A DNA stretch of 64,000 nt from Anaerolineae bacterium (lineage in GTDB: Bacteria > Chloroflexota > Anaerolineae > Anaerolineales > UBA4823), in NCBI GenBank assembly GCA_003327455.1, contig QOQU01000008.1, forward strand, positions 889 to 64,888, in the 5' to 3' direction. The notes under the pieces were generated by a model. It saw only the letters and a program-made list of their open reading frames with translations. It did no database searches and had not been told where the DNA came from. Numbering within the stretch: the first letter of the stretch is position 1; each line of letters begins with the position of its first letter. The position numbers and the translations under genes were made by a program. Positions 46,450 to 56,153 of this stretch are shown in pieces.

Positions 46450-47973
46450 ATGGCAACCAGACCTACACCCCACATTCTGATTATTGGCGCCGGCATTGGG
46501 GGCTTGACTACGGCCGTTTTGCTGCTCCAGGCTGGCTACAAAGTCACCGTTCTCGAAGCTCATGTTTACCCGGGCGGTTGCGCCGGCACATTCTACCATC
46601 AAAAATTTCGCTTCGATGTGGGCGCCACCCTGGCGGGCGGTTTTTCACCTGGCGGACCGCATGCCCGTTTAGCCGAGCTGCTTGGTATTGAATGGCCGGT
46701 CAAGCCGGTCAACCCGGCCTGGATTACATATTTAGACGGGAGGGAAATCTACCAATGGGCAGAGCGGGAACGCTGGTGGGACGAGATACACCGTCATTTT
46801 CCTGAAAGCGCTGCTTTCTGGAAAAAACAAGAGTGGCTGGCAAAACAATCCTGGGACATCTCTGGCAAAGATTTTCCCTGGCCGCCGCGCTCAATGAGAG
46901 ATACCCTCACGATTTTGAGCGCTCTCCAACCTACAACACTGGCCGCCGCACCGTATGCCCTGCGAACCATGGCCTCCTTTTTACCTCCAAGCGCTTCAAC
47001 AACCTTACGCCTCTTTTTAGATGCGCAATTGTTGATCTCCGCCCAAAGCCTGGCGCAGTTCACCAATGCGCTCTACGGTAGCGCTGCCCTGGATTTGCCC
47101 CGTCGAGGAGTGAACCACGTCATCGGCGGCATGGGTAACCTGGCACAAACCCTGGTCAACTGGGGAAGCCAGAGAGGCTTAACGCTGCTCTATCGCCACA
47201 AAGTGGAGCGCCTGGAGATCAAAAACGGGCGTGGTATAAGAGTCTATACGAATAAAAAGCAAACCTTCGAAGCCGATGCCTTTGTCGCTAACCTGACACC
47301 ATGGGGATTGGCTGCTCTGCTCGGAGCAGATGCCCCGCGCCGCTTAAAACGCGAAACTCGAACGCGTCCTCCAACCTGGGGCGCTTTTACGCTTTATCTG
47401 GGTGTGGATGCCAACCGCCTGCCTCCCTTACCTGCTGACCATTTTCAAGTCATTGTCGATCCAACCCGTCCGCTTGGGGAGGGGAATTCTGTTTTCATCT
47501 CCCTCTCACCAATTGAAGATCCAAGTCGCGCACCGCAGGGGATGCGCACCCTGACCCTTTCTACCCACACGGCGATTGCCGCCTGGCAAATCGATGAGCA
47601 GGCGTCTGAAGAACAGAGCGCCGAATACACCGAGCGGATGATACGCGCTGCCGAAATAGCCATCCCCGGTATCCGCCAGGCAATTCGTTTAGCTTTGCCA
47701 GGCACACCGCACACCTTCGAGTTCTACACCCACCGCCCCTCAGGGATGGTTGGCGGTTTCCCCCAAACTTCGCTTCTTCATGCCCGCACTCCCTGGACCG
47801 GGCTGGAAAATGTCTGGCTGGTAGGGGATTCGATTTTTCCGGGACAATCGACAGCTGGCGTGACCATTGGCGCTATGCGGGTTGCCAGGGAGGTTATCTG
47901 CTGGTTGAACCAAACCGGTCAGAATCGTAGCTGGTCCTTTGCCAGAGCCATGAACGCCTGGAAAGCTACCTGA
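46450..47973 (+). CDS. Phytoene desaturase-family FAD oxidoreductase (CrtD-like)
   Basis: IIGAGIGGL, LEAHVYPGGCAGTF, FDVGAT and VGDSIFPGQSTAGV. Confidence 0.8.
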   Translation: MATRPTPHILIIGAGIGGLTTAVLLLQAGYKVTVLEAHVYPGGCAGTFYHQKFRFDVGATLAGGFSPGGPHARLAELLGIEWPVKPVNPAWITYLDGREIYQWAERERWWDEIHRHFPESAAFWKKQEWLAKQSWDISGKDFPWPPRSMRDTLTILSALQPTTLAAAPYALRTMASFLPPSASTTLRLFLDAQLLISAQSLAQFTNALYGSAALDLPRRGVNHVIGGMGNLAQTLVNWGSQRGLTLLYRHKVERLEIKNGRGIRVYTNKKQTFEADAFVANLTPWGLAALLGADAPRRLKRETRTRPPTWGAFTLYLGVDANRLPPLPADHFQVIVDPTRPLGEGNSVFISLSPIEDPSRAPQGMRTLTLSTHTAIAAWQIDEQASEEQSAEYTERMIRAAEIAIPGIRQAIRLALPGTPHTFEFYTHRPSGMVGGFPQTSLLHARTPWTGLENVWLVGDSIFPGQSTAGVTIGAMRVAREVICWLNQTGQNRSWSFARAMNAWKAT

Positions 47974-47984
47974 AGAAGGCGCTG

Positions 47985-48581
47985 ATGAACGCTTTTCTGC
48001 TGATCTTATTTGCCTGTGCGCTCTATGGTTTTCTGCATTCACTCCTCGCCGCACGCTGGCTGAAGGCTTGGGTGCGAAGACAATGGGGGGAAAGCTTATA
48101 TCGTTGCTATCGTCTGACCTATAACGTGATCGTCAGCCTTACCTTTCTCCCCATTCTCGCCCTGCTCGCCTGGCTACCCGATCGCACACTCTATGTGATT
48201 CCCATTCCATGGTCGCTGATCACAGGTTTTATCCAACTGCTGGCACTCGCCGTACTCTTTCTGGCATTGATACAAAGCGGTTTGATCTCCTTTTTAGGCA
48301 TCGATGCCTTTTTTAACAAACCTTCGTCCTCCAACGAGAAGCTGGTTGTGGGAGGGCTATACGCCTGGGTGCGCCACCCCATCTACACCGCCGGATTGAT
48401 CTTTCTCTGGCTTACACCGATCCTGACCAGCAACCTTTTGGCAATGAATATTGGCCTGACTCTGTATATCCTGATCGGCGCCTGGCTAGAGGAACGCAAA
48501 ATGGTTGCCGAATTTGGCGAGGCTTACCGTGAATATCAGCGACGCGTCCCGATGCTTATCCCCTATCGTATTCCAAAGTAA
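47985..48581 (+). CDS. Isoprenylcysteine carboxyl methyltransferase/NnrU-family membrane protein
   Basis: LHSLLA, GLYAWVRHPIY, EERKMVAEFGEAYREYQRRVPMLIP. Confidence 0.8.
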   Translation: MNAFLLILFACALYGFLHSLLAARWLKAWVRRQWGESLYRCYRLTYNVIVSLTFLPILALLAWLPDRTLYVIPIPWSLITGFIQLLALAVLFLALIQSGLISFLGIDAFFNKPSSSNEKLVVGGLYAWVRHPIYTAGLIFLWLTPILTSNLLAMNIGLTLYILIGAWLEERKMVAEFGEAYREYQRRVPMLIPYRIPK

Positions 48582-48679
48582 AGTCCTCGCCCAATCCCCT
48601 TGGTACCAATTGGAACGAGCAGGGCAGCCTTAGAGCAAAATGTCACCCGGTCTTTGCAGGTGAAGTGACAAATTTCACA

Positions 48680-48708
48680 TTGACTTCAACCCTCAGGCTG
48701 GTTATAAT
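48680..48708 (+). promoter_or_regulatory. Sigma70-type promoter upstream of the FMN riboswitch
   Basis: TTGACT, 17-bp spacer, TATAAT. Confidence 0.8.
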
Positions 48709-48727
48709 CAAAGCGACAATTCAAGAT

Positions 48728-48852
48728 ACCTTCGGGGCAGGGTGCGGTCGGAAACGACCTATTCCCGATCGGCGGTAAAGCCCGCGAGCGCAAGAAAGCG
48801 CACGATTCGGTGGAACTCCGAAGCCGACGGTATAGTCCGGATGGAAGAAGGT
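48728..48852 (+). ncRNA. FMN riboswitch (RFN element)
   Basis: CTTCGGGGCAGGGTG...ATTCCCGATCGGCGGTAAAGCCCGCGAG...GATTCGGTGGAACTCCGAAGCCGACGGTATAGTCCGGATGGAAGAAG, with P1 ACCTTC/GAAGGT. Confidence 0.96.
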
Positions 48853-48902
48853 CAAGCAGGATAAAGTTTGCGCGCGCCGTTTCTTGACGGTGTGTAGAAT
48901 GC

Positions 48903-48932
48903 CCCGAGAACCAACTGGTTTTCGGGTTTTTT
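48903..48932 (+). terminator. First terminator hairpin downstream of the FMN aptamer
   Basis: CCCGAGAACC/GGTTTTCGGG followed by TTTTTT. Confidence 0.7.
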
Positions 48933-48964
48933 GTCAGAGAAGACAGTTATCCAGCATTGCACTT

Positions 48965-48999
48965 GCCCCGAATCGCGCTGATTCGGGGCTTTGGTTTTG
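48965..48999 (+). terminator. Second terminator-like hairpin downstream of the FMN aptamer
   Basis: GCCCCGAATC/GATTCGGGGC followed by TTTGGTTTTG. Confidence 0.6.
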
Positions 49000-49008
49000 A
49001 TAGACAAA

Positions 49009-49833
49009 ATGAACTTAATTGAGATACCCAAACGCTTTCCTTTCCAACGCCGGATCAGCCGCACACAACACGCGCTGACTCTGGCAGCATCTCTGGCAAG
49101 TGCCCTGCTTCTCTGGCACTTCGCTACTCAACTCTGGGAATTACCCCCATTCATCCTACCCTCGCCGGGACTGGTGGGACACCGTTTTCTTCAGGTGTTA
49201 TTGGATGGTAGCTTGCTGCGCCATACCGCCTATACGCTCTTGGAAGTCCTCTGTGGGCTGACCCTCGGTGTGCTGACCGCGACCCTGCTGGGTTACCTGT
49301 TAGCCAAATCGCACTGGTTTGAGCGGGTTTTGTCTCCTTACATTGTCGCCAGTCAGTCGATCCCAATCGTAGCGATTGCCCCGCTTCTGGTGATCTGGTT
49401 TGGACCTGGACTCTTCTCGAAAATCTTAATCTGCGCTCTGATCGTCTTCTTTCCGGTGCTGGTCAATACCATTGTAGGTTTACGGTCGGTGCCCGAGGAA
49501 TTGAGCGATCTGATGCGGTCGCTCAGAGCCAATCGCTGGCAAACCATCCGTTATCTGGAAGCACCGGCTGCCCTACCGGTCTTTCTAGGTGGATTGCGCA
49601 TTGGAGCCACCCTGTCGGTTATCGGTGCTGTAGTCGGCGAGTTTGTCGGCGCAGACCGCGGGCTTGGCTTTCTGGTCAACGTAGCGCGCGGTAAATATGA
49701 TACCCCGCTGGTTTTTGTAGCTGTGTTTACATTAATTGTGATGGCTTTATTGCTCTATACCAGCGTCTTTCTGATTGAAAGGCAGTTGCTTAACTGGCAA
49801 CAACGCCAGGAAGATTCCCGTTCACTATCATAA
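49009..49833 (+). CDS. ribX: ABC transporter permease, riboflavin uptake (RibX-like)
   Basis: SsuC/TauC-type permease (SQSIPIVAIAPLL, EAA-like loop) directly under an FMN riboswitch, as in the RibXY system described in Chloroflexus. Confidence 0.75.
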   Translation: MNLIEIPKRFPFQRRISRTQHALTLAASLASALLLWHFATQLWELPPFILPSPGLVGHRFLQVLLDGSLLRHTAYTLLEVLCGLTLGVLTATLLGYLLAKSHWFERVLSPYIVASQSIPIVAIAPLLVIWFGPGLFSKILICALIVFFPVLVNTIVGLRSVPEELSDLMRSLRANRWQTIRYLEAPAALPVFLGGLRIGATLSVIGAVVGEFVGADRGLGFLVNVARGKYDTPLVFVAVFTLIVMALLLYTSVFLIERQLLNWQQRQEDSRSLS

Positions 49834-49845
49834 AGGAGCTTTTCG

Positions 49846-50850
49846 ATGCGTCGTTCAACTTTCATCATAACCTTTTTTCTCTTGAGCGCGTTAGCTTCCG
49901 CTTGCGCTCAAAGGACAAACGTTCCCCAATCCGATAATCCCTCCACACAATCCCAAATCGATGCCGTCCGCCTGCCCATGGGATATATTCCCAATGTCCA
50001 GTTTGCCCCCTTCTATGTAGCCCAGGACTACGGCTACTTTTCCGAAGAAAAGATAGCTGTTGAATTCGATTACAGCTTTGAAACCGATGGCATTGCCCTG
50101 GTTGGCGCCAACAATTTGCAGTTCACGATGGCTTCCGGAGAACAAATCCTGCTTGCCCGCGCCCAGGGACTACCGGTCGTCTACGTCATGGCGTACTACC
50201 ATGCTTACCCGGTTGGTGTGGTTGCCTTTCCCGATCAGAACCTCAAAACTCCGTCTGACCTGAAAGGGAAAAAGATTGGTTTGCCGGGTCTCTTTGGGGC
50301 GAACTACATCGGGCTGCGCGCCCTGCTGAAAGTGGGTGAGGTGAGTGAAGCGGATGTCATACTCGACTCCATCGGCTATAACCAGGTCGAAGCCTTGATC
50401 GCCGGACAAGATCAAGCGGTTGTAATCTACGCCAACAATGAACCGATCCAACTGGCTGCCCAGGGGTATACGGTTGATCTACTCAAGGTGGCCGATTACG
50501 TTCAACTGGCTTCCAATGGGCTGGTAACCAACGAGCGCACTCTGACTGAAAACCCCGATCTGGTGCGCAGAATGACGCGTGCCATCCTGCGCGGGATGAC
50601 CTATGTAATCCAAAACCGTGATAAAGCTTATGAAATCTGCACCAAATACATCCCCGGCTTGACCGAAAGCGACGAACGCGTCCAGCGTGAAATTCTACGG
50701 GCGACCGTCGAGTATTGGAAGGCTCAGCAAATGGGCTTTTCCGACCCACAGGCCTGGCAAAACATGCATGATCTGCTCTTGGAAATGGGTCTGCTTCAGT
50801 CCGCCTTACCGATCGAGCAAGCCTACACCAATCAGTTTGTCACGCCCTGA
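49846..50850 (+). CDS. ribY: ABC substrate-binding lipoprotein, NMT1/THI5-like, riboflavin (RibY-like)
   Basis: Lipobox LASAC, MGYIPNVQFAPFYVA and LKGKKIGLPG; FMN-riboswitch context. Confidence 0.75.
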   Translation: MRRSTFIITFFLLSALASACAQRTNVPQSDNPSTQSQIDAVRLPMGYIPNVQFAPFYVAQDYGYFSEEKIAVEFDYSFETDGIALVGANNLQFTMASGEQILLARAQGLPVVYVMAYYHAYPVGVVAFPDQNLKTPSDLKGKKIGLPGLFGANYIGLRALLKVGEVSEADVILDSIGYNQVEALIAGQDQAVVIYANNEPIQLAAQGYTVDLLKVADYVQLASNGLVTNERTLTENPDLVRRMTRAILRGMTYVIQNRDKAYEICTKYIPGLTESDERVQREILRATVEYWKAQQMGFSDPQAWQNMHDLLLEMGLLQSALPIEQAYTNQFVTP

Positions 50851-50866
50851 ATCAGAAGGAGACAAA

Positions 50867-51682
50867 ATGGTACGCTCCGAACCTGAACAAACGACAACCT
50901 CATCTGCTGCGGAACACAAAACAGAAATATCGCCTGTGGCAATCGAAGTGCGTAACCTGAGCGTCACTTACTCCAATGGCAACGGAGGCTTGCGCGCGAT
51001 TCAGGACATATCATTTCGGGTTCAAGAACAAGAATTTGTCTGCGTTCTGGGGCCTTCCGGGAGTGGTAAATCTACCCTCTTACGCGTCCTGGCAGGATTG
51101 CTGACTCCCACGCAGGGAGAAGTCTTTTTCTATGGTCAACCGCTCACAGAACCCCGCCGTGAAATCGGTTTTGTTTTTCAAAAAGCCAACCTGATGCCGT
51201 GGCGAACTGTCCTTCAGAACATTTTATTGCCTCTGGAGCTGCAAAATGTACCCACTGCCGAAGCCCGACAGCGGGCAATGGAATTAATCGACCTGGTCGG
51301 TTTGCGCGGCTTTGAAGATTCATTACCTCGCGATCTGTCCGGAGGAATGGCACAGCGGGTAGCCATTGCCCGTGCCCTGGTTCATGACCCTCAAGTCCTT
51401 TTACTGGATGAACCTTTTGGTGGACTGGACGCCCTGACTCGCGAACGCATGGGCGATGAGTTGTTGCGTATCTGGCAGGCTCGCCAAAAAACGGTGGTCA
51501 TGGTCACCCACTCGATCCCTGAAGCGATCTATCTGTCTGACCGCATTTTGGTCTTCACTCCCCGACCCGGCAAACTCAGGCTGGATTTACCGGTCTATCT
51601 GCCTCGACCGCGCACCGATGAGATCCGCTATTCGCCAGCTTTCGGTGAACTGTCAAAGTGTCTGCGGGCGGAAATCGGCTAG
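50867..51682 (+). CDS. ABC transporter ATP-binding protein (TauB/SsuB-like)
   Basis: GPSGSGKST, LSGGMAQRVAIARAL and LDEPF. ATG at 50867 follows AAGGAG. Confidence 0.92.
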   Translation: MVRSEPEQTTTSSAAEHKTEISPVAIEVRNLSVTYSNGNGGLRAIQDISFRVQEQEFVCVLGPSGSGKSTLLRVLAGLLTPTQGEVFFYGQPLTEPRREIGFVFQKANLMPWRTVLQNILLPLELQNVPTAEARQRAMELIDLVGLRGFEDSLPRDLSGGMAQRVAIARALVHDPQVLLLDEPFGGLDALTRERMGDELLRIWQARQKTVVMVTHSIPEAIYLSDRILVFTPRPGKLRLDLPVYLPRPRTDEIRYSPAFGELSKCLRAEIG

Positions 51683-51737
51683 AGATTAACAAGCTCTTTT
51701 CAGTGGAAAAAGCTCATGGTAAGATAGGGTGGTCATC

Positions 51738-52664
51738 ATGAAAAAGGCATTCTGGATTTTTCTCTGCCTGAGTTTCTTTCTGATTTTGCCACCTGGGTTG
51801 GCAGAAGCCCAAACCCCCGCTTCCTTGACTCTGCGTTCCCTGGAAGTAGACATCTGGCCGGAATATGATCGCCCTTCTGTCCTGGTGATCTATCACCTCA
51901 ACCTGCCTGCCGAGGTACCTCTCCCTGCCGAACTGCGCATCCGCATTCCTGCTGTGGCCGGTGAGCCCCATGCTTTAGCCGTGCGTGAAATAGATGGTTC
52001 ACTCACCACGATTTCCTACACCCGCAATGTACTTGGAGATTGGAGCGAGATTGTCTTTACAACTGCCCTACCTGAAATCCAATTGGAATATTACGATCCA
52101 TCCCTGACGAAAAACGGCTCGCAGCGCAGCTTTCTGTATCAATGGACAGGAGATTACGCAGTTGAATCTTTAACCATTCAGATACAACAGCCCATCGGCG
52201 CGGCGGAAATGAAGATTACGCCCAACACGACAAACATTGCGGTCGGAAAAGACGGGCTCACCTACTATGTTACCCAGGTTGATTCGCTGGCAGCTAACCA
52301 AACCTTTGAGGTCAGCCTTCAATATCGAAAACCCAACGACTCTTTGACCGCAGAGAGTTTAGAGGTACAACCCAGCGCACCCATGAGCAATGTCACTTCC
52401 ACCACCCCTGTGACAGGTAATTTTATTCCCTGGCTTTTAGGTGGCCTGGGCCTTTTTCTAATCGTTGGAGCGGTAGCCTGGTGGTATTGGCAGGCGCGAA
52501 TGGTCAAGCCAAGCCCCAAAACCCGCCGACCACGCCACCGGCGGCTGGTGATTGAACCTCAGGCAGTCATTCCCGAAGGGGCGGTCTATTGTCATCACTG
52601 TGGCAAACGAGCGATACCTGGCGATCGCTTCTGTCGGGCATGTGGAACAAGGCTTCGTCAATAG
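51738..52664 (+). CDS. Exported, membrane-anchored protein with a C-terminal zinc ribbon
   Basis: Signal peptide ending LAEA, VDIWPEYDRPSVLVI, a TM segment near residue 235, and C-terminal CHHCG...CRACG. Confidence 0.75.
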   Translation: MKKAFWIFLCLSFFLILPPGLAEAQTPASLTLRSLEVDIWPEYDRPSVLVIYHLNLPAEVPLPAELRIRIPAVAGEPHALAVREIDGSLTTISYTRNVLGDWSEIVFTTALPEIQLEYYDPSLTKNGSQRSFLYQWTGDYAVESLTIQIQQPIGAAEMKITPNTTNIAVGKDGLTYYVTQVDSLAANQTFEVSLQYRKPNDSLTAESLEVQPSAPMSNVTSTTPVTGNFIPWLLGGLGLFLIVGAVAWWYWQARMVKPSPKTRRPRHRRLVIEPQAVIPEGAVYCHHCGKRAIPGDRFCRACGTRLRQ

Positions 52665-54276
52665 CCTGGCAAACCTCCTCCACAGTTCGAAAACCCTGGT
52701 CGGGGAACAGTTGTAGAACTTGCGCCTGAGGAATATCCAACGTTTGCAAAACTTCTACGGGCATCCCATCCCCGACTAATCGCCCGTTTTCGAGGATACA
52801 CAACCGATCGGTAAGGGTCAACATAAACTCGACATCATGAGTCACAATCAGAATTGCCATTCCTTTATCACGAAAATCGCGGAGCAACTTGCTCAGTCCG
52901 GATTTTGCTCTCTCGTCCAAACCGCGCGTTGGCTCGTCGAGAAGCAAAACCAGTGGCTGCGGAACGAGAATCGCCCCTAAAGCCACCCGCTGCCGCTCGC
53001 CAACGCTCAGATCGCGCGGATAACGGTCAGCATAGGTTGCAAGCCCCAACCTTTCTAATAAACTGCGAGCTTTTTCAACATCTTCAGGTAATGCATGGTT
53101 CCGGCAGGTGAGCAATATCTCTTCCAGGACCGTTTCTGAAAACAAGAGGGCATTGGGGTCTTGGGGCAAATAACCAATCAGACGAGCACGTTTCCAGGTC
53201 GGTAAAGTGGATAGGTCCTCCCCCAGCAATCGAATGCTTCCCTCCCGCAGAGGTGCCAGACCGAGAATCGCCCGCAGGAGAGTCGTTTTGCCCGCCCCGT
53301 TGCTGCCCATCAGACACAAAATCTGTGAAGCGTAGAGTTGTAAACTTACCCCACATAAAGCCCGTGTTTTCCCAAAGACAACACTGACATTTTCGAGCGA
53401 TAGAATTGCCTGCGTAGCTTCTTCTCTGCTGTGGGTGCTTTGAGAGGTAGACGAGCGATGATTAAGTCTGGCCAAACCCAAATTCTGAAGCATCTGGCGC
53501 CCTTCGGCAACGCTGAGTGGCAAAGGCCGCACGCCTAACCATTTACCAAGCTGCACAACCGGCGGCGCGGTATCCATCTGAAGGAGAATGTAGCGAGGAT
53601 CGCCCGCCAGGGGAGGCTTCTCTTCGCCCGGCAGATAGACCAGATAATCGGTGAAGTGCAGGAGACGATCTAAGCGATGTTCAGCAACGACAATGGTCAG
53701 GTTGCGCTGGCGCGCCAGATTCTGGATCAGGGTCAAGATCTCTTCTGCGGATTGTCCATCCAACTGGGAGGTGGGCTCATCAAGGACTAAGATAGAAGGC
53801 GCCAAGGACAATACCGTAGCAATCGCCACCTTTTGTTTTTCTCCGCCCGATAAACTCTCCAGCCGACGCTGGCGTAAATGGAGAATTCCCAGCGCTTGCA
53901 AGGTATCTGTGATGCGCTGACCAACCTCCGGCACCGGAATCGCGGCGTTCTCTAAATTAAAGGCAATCTCGTCTTCGACGCAATCCAGAATAAATTGCGT
54001 TTCCGGGTCCTGGAAAACGAAACCCACCTGGCGGCTCATTTGCTCCGGCCCTGCCTTCACGGGATTTGCGCCATTGACATCGATTTCGCCCTGCAAAATT
54101 CCCCCACTAAAATGGGGCACCAGGCCATTGATTAACCTTAATAGGGTGGATTTTCCGCTACCCGATGCTCCACAGACCAGGCAAAAACTTCCTGACGGGA
54201 TCGTAAAATTTGCCCCCCGGATGATCCACCGCTGATGAAAGGAATAAGAGAAGGAAACATTCGAAAAGCGAATCAT
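52567..54276 (-). CDS. ECF transporter duplicated ATPase (A-A', CbrU-like)
   Basis: Two ABC cassettes: GASGSGKST/LSGGEKQK and GSNGAGKTT/LSVGERQR. The start is placed at ATG 54276. Confidence 0.9.
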   Translation of the reverse strand: MIRFSNVSFSYSFHQRWIIRGANFTIPSGSFCLVCGASGSGKSTLLRLINGLVPHFSGGILQGEIDVNGANPVKAGPEQMSRQVGFVFQDPETQFILDCVEDEIAFNLENAAIPVPEVGQRITDTLQALGILHLRQRRLESLSGGEKQKVAIATVLSLAPSILVLDEPTSQLDGQSAEEILTLIQNLARQRNLTIVVAEHRLDRLLHFTDYLVYLPGEEKPPLAGDPRYILLQMDTAPPVVQLGKWLGVRPLPLSVAEGRQMLQNLGLARLNHRSSTSQSTHSREEATQAILSLENVSVVFGKTRALCGVSLQLYASQILCLMGSNGAGKTTLLRAILGLAPLREGSIRLLGEDLSTLPTWKRARLIGYLPQDPNALLFSETVLEEILLTCRNHALPEDVEKARSLLERLGLATYADRYPRDLSVGERQRVALGAILVPQPLVLLLDEPTRGLDERAKSGLSKLLRDFRDKGMAILIVTHDVEFMLTLTDRLCILENGRLVGDGMPVEVLQTLDIPQAQVLQLFPDQGFRTVEEVCQAIDEALFHMPDRSDRQVSLVCHSDDNRPPLRE

Positions 54277-54277
54277 G

Positions 54278-55321
54278 TCATAAAAAAGCCGCCACCAGAA
54301 GTGGACTGAGCGTTCCCAAGAAGAGACAAGCGACTCTGGGATCAAAAGGTGGAAGCGTCAAAACAGGGTAGGGAGTATAAGCCAAAAACGGCGCTTCAAG
54401 GATTAAGCTCTGGAAAATAAGGAAGATTAATAAAAAGGCACAACCGCTCATCGCCAAAGCATCTCGAAGGCGAAACGCCGTTGAGCGATAAACAGTGGTT
54501 CGTACCTGTCGTGATGCGGTGTAAATCAACACTCCAAAGGTGGTCATAGCTCCCCCAAAGAGAAAATTGGTCGCCAAAACGGGCAACCCCCAGAAGCGCG
54601 ACAACCAGCCTCCCAACAAAAAACCAAATCCAACCAAAAAAGCACCCCGCCAGAGCATCTGATGCGATGACGCCGAAGATCGAAGAAAACCCCGCGCCGT
54701 CATCACCTCCGCCAATTGAAAAGCATGTTCCAGAGAACTGACCAGAAGGGGTAGCAGCAAAGCCAGCTTATTTCGCAACCCGGTGAGGTTGTTGCCACGG
54801 ATGATCTGCGCTTCCTGAATCTGGCGGACTTCGCGTTGCAACAAAGGGACAAAGGTGATTGCAATTGAGCCAACAATGGCAACCGAATGAAAGGCGCGTG
54901 GCAACATGCGGAGAAAAGACGGGATCGAGACGTTGTGGTTGAAAACCCAAAACGCCAAAAGGATCACACTCAAAGCCAGACCGTTGGTAGCTCCATATAC
55001 AACGGCCTCCCAGGTAATAATGCCACTCAAGAGGGGAATCTCACCCGGCAGAACAAATATCACCCGCTCACCCACATGCACTGTCAGGGCATTGAAAATT
55101 GCGCCTAACGGTACAACCATGAGGCTCAGCCAGAAAGGAAAGGGAGCGTTTCCCCCTGCTAACTCCCCCATGCCTGCAGCGGCATGCACAATCGCCACAC
55201 ACAACCAGACCACCACCAGATAGAGAGGATTGCGCGTCAACGAGACGCACAGGAGAATTGTTGTCATCCAAGTTAGCCATACCCATGCATGAAAGGGTGC
55301 GGGCGTGTGTCCTTCTGGCAT
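54278..55321 (-). CDS. ECF transporter T component (CbiQ/EcfT-like)
   Basis: AQIIRG and MTARGF X-R-X motifs; hydrophobic. The start is placed at ATG 55321. Confidence 0.88.
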   Translation of the reverse strand: MPEGHTPAPFHAWVWLTWMTTILLCVSLTRNPLYLVVVWLCVAIVHAAAGMGELAGGNAPFPFWLSLMVVPLGAIFNALTVHVGERVIFVLPGEIPLLSGIITWEAVVYGATNGLALSVILLAFWVFNHNVSIPSFLRMLPRAFHSVAIVGSIAITFVPLLQREVRQIQEAQIIRGNNLTGLRNKLALLLPLLVSSLEHAFQLAEVMTARGFLRSSASSHQMLWRGAFLVGFGFLLGGWLSRFWGLPVLATNFLFGGAMTTFGVLIYTASRQVRTTVYRSTAFRLRDALAMSGCAFLLIFLIFQSLILEAPFLAYTPYPVLTLPPFDPRVACLFLGTLSPLLVAAFL

Positions 55322-55325
55322 CGGC

Positions 55326-56153
55326 TCACACCTCCGCAGCCAGGTAAACGAAGGTGAACCGTTCACGAAAACGGCGCAGCACTCGTAATGTAACCGGAGC
55401 CAGGGTTGCAATCAGCAGGACATTTCCCAGCGATCGACCGAGATCCCAGGTTAAAGACGTCACCAGGTAAAAGACGCCGTAGCGGGCAAGGGTCTCAGCA
55501 AAGGAAATGCCGGGTTGCCAGTATTGATCGGACGGTCCAATAAGAAATGGCCACGACCACAGATTCATGATTGCACCGTACAACAACCCCCAAAAAGCGC
55601 CAAAGACCGCCAGGGCAACCGTCTCTCCAATTTTCCCCTGCCATCCCAAACGGGATATCAGGGGAGAGAGGGCCGCAGCACTCATCCCCACCCAACCGGC
55701 GGTAAACATTTGACTTGGCAGCCAGGGGCCAACTCCACCGGTCAAAATCGCCGATACAAACAGGGTCATCGCCCCCATGAGAAAACCAAATTTAGAACCG
55801 AACAAATACCCGGATAAGATGATCAGGAAAAAGATCGGACTAAAGCCCCCCGGTCCCGGGATCGCAACCTCGATATAGCGCAAGACCGAATTCAAGGCAA
55901 CCAAAACCCCCATCAAGGCCACAAAACGGGCGTTCGCGGCGCTCTGTTGAGACTCAAATAGCAAGGCTACCACACACAAGCCTAAGATGAGCGTCATGGT
56001 CAAGGGCATCTCGCTCACACGGATGCCGGCCGGGCTGGGAGTTTGCTCGAACTGAGGTGAGAAAAACGGGTAGAGAAAGGAAAAACACCCCAGAAGCGTG
56101 CTGCTCAGGATCACCAGGTTACTCATCAGCCGTTCCAGCATTCTCTGCCTCAT
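55326..56153 (-). CDS. ECF transporter S component (CbrT-like, cobalamin)
   Basis: PGPGGFSPIFFLIILSGYLFG, GVGPWLPSQMF and DLGRSLGN motifs; downstream of a cobalamin riboswitch. Confidence 0.85.
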   Translation of the reverse strand: MRQRMLERLMSNLVILSSTLLGCFSFLYPFFSPQFEQTPSPAGIRVSEMPLTMTLILGLCVVALLFESQQSAANARFVALMGVLVALNSVLRYIEVAIPGPGGFSPIFFLIILSGYLFGSKFGFLMGAMTLFVSAILTGGVGPWLPSQMFTAGWVGMSAAALSPLISRLGWQGKIGETVALAVFGAFWGLLYGAIMNLWSWPFLIGPSDQYWQPGISFAETLARYGVFYLVTSLTWDLGRSLGNVLLIATLAPVTLRVLRRFRERFTFVYLAAEV

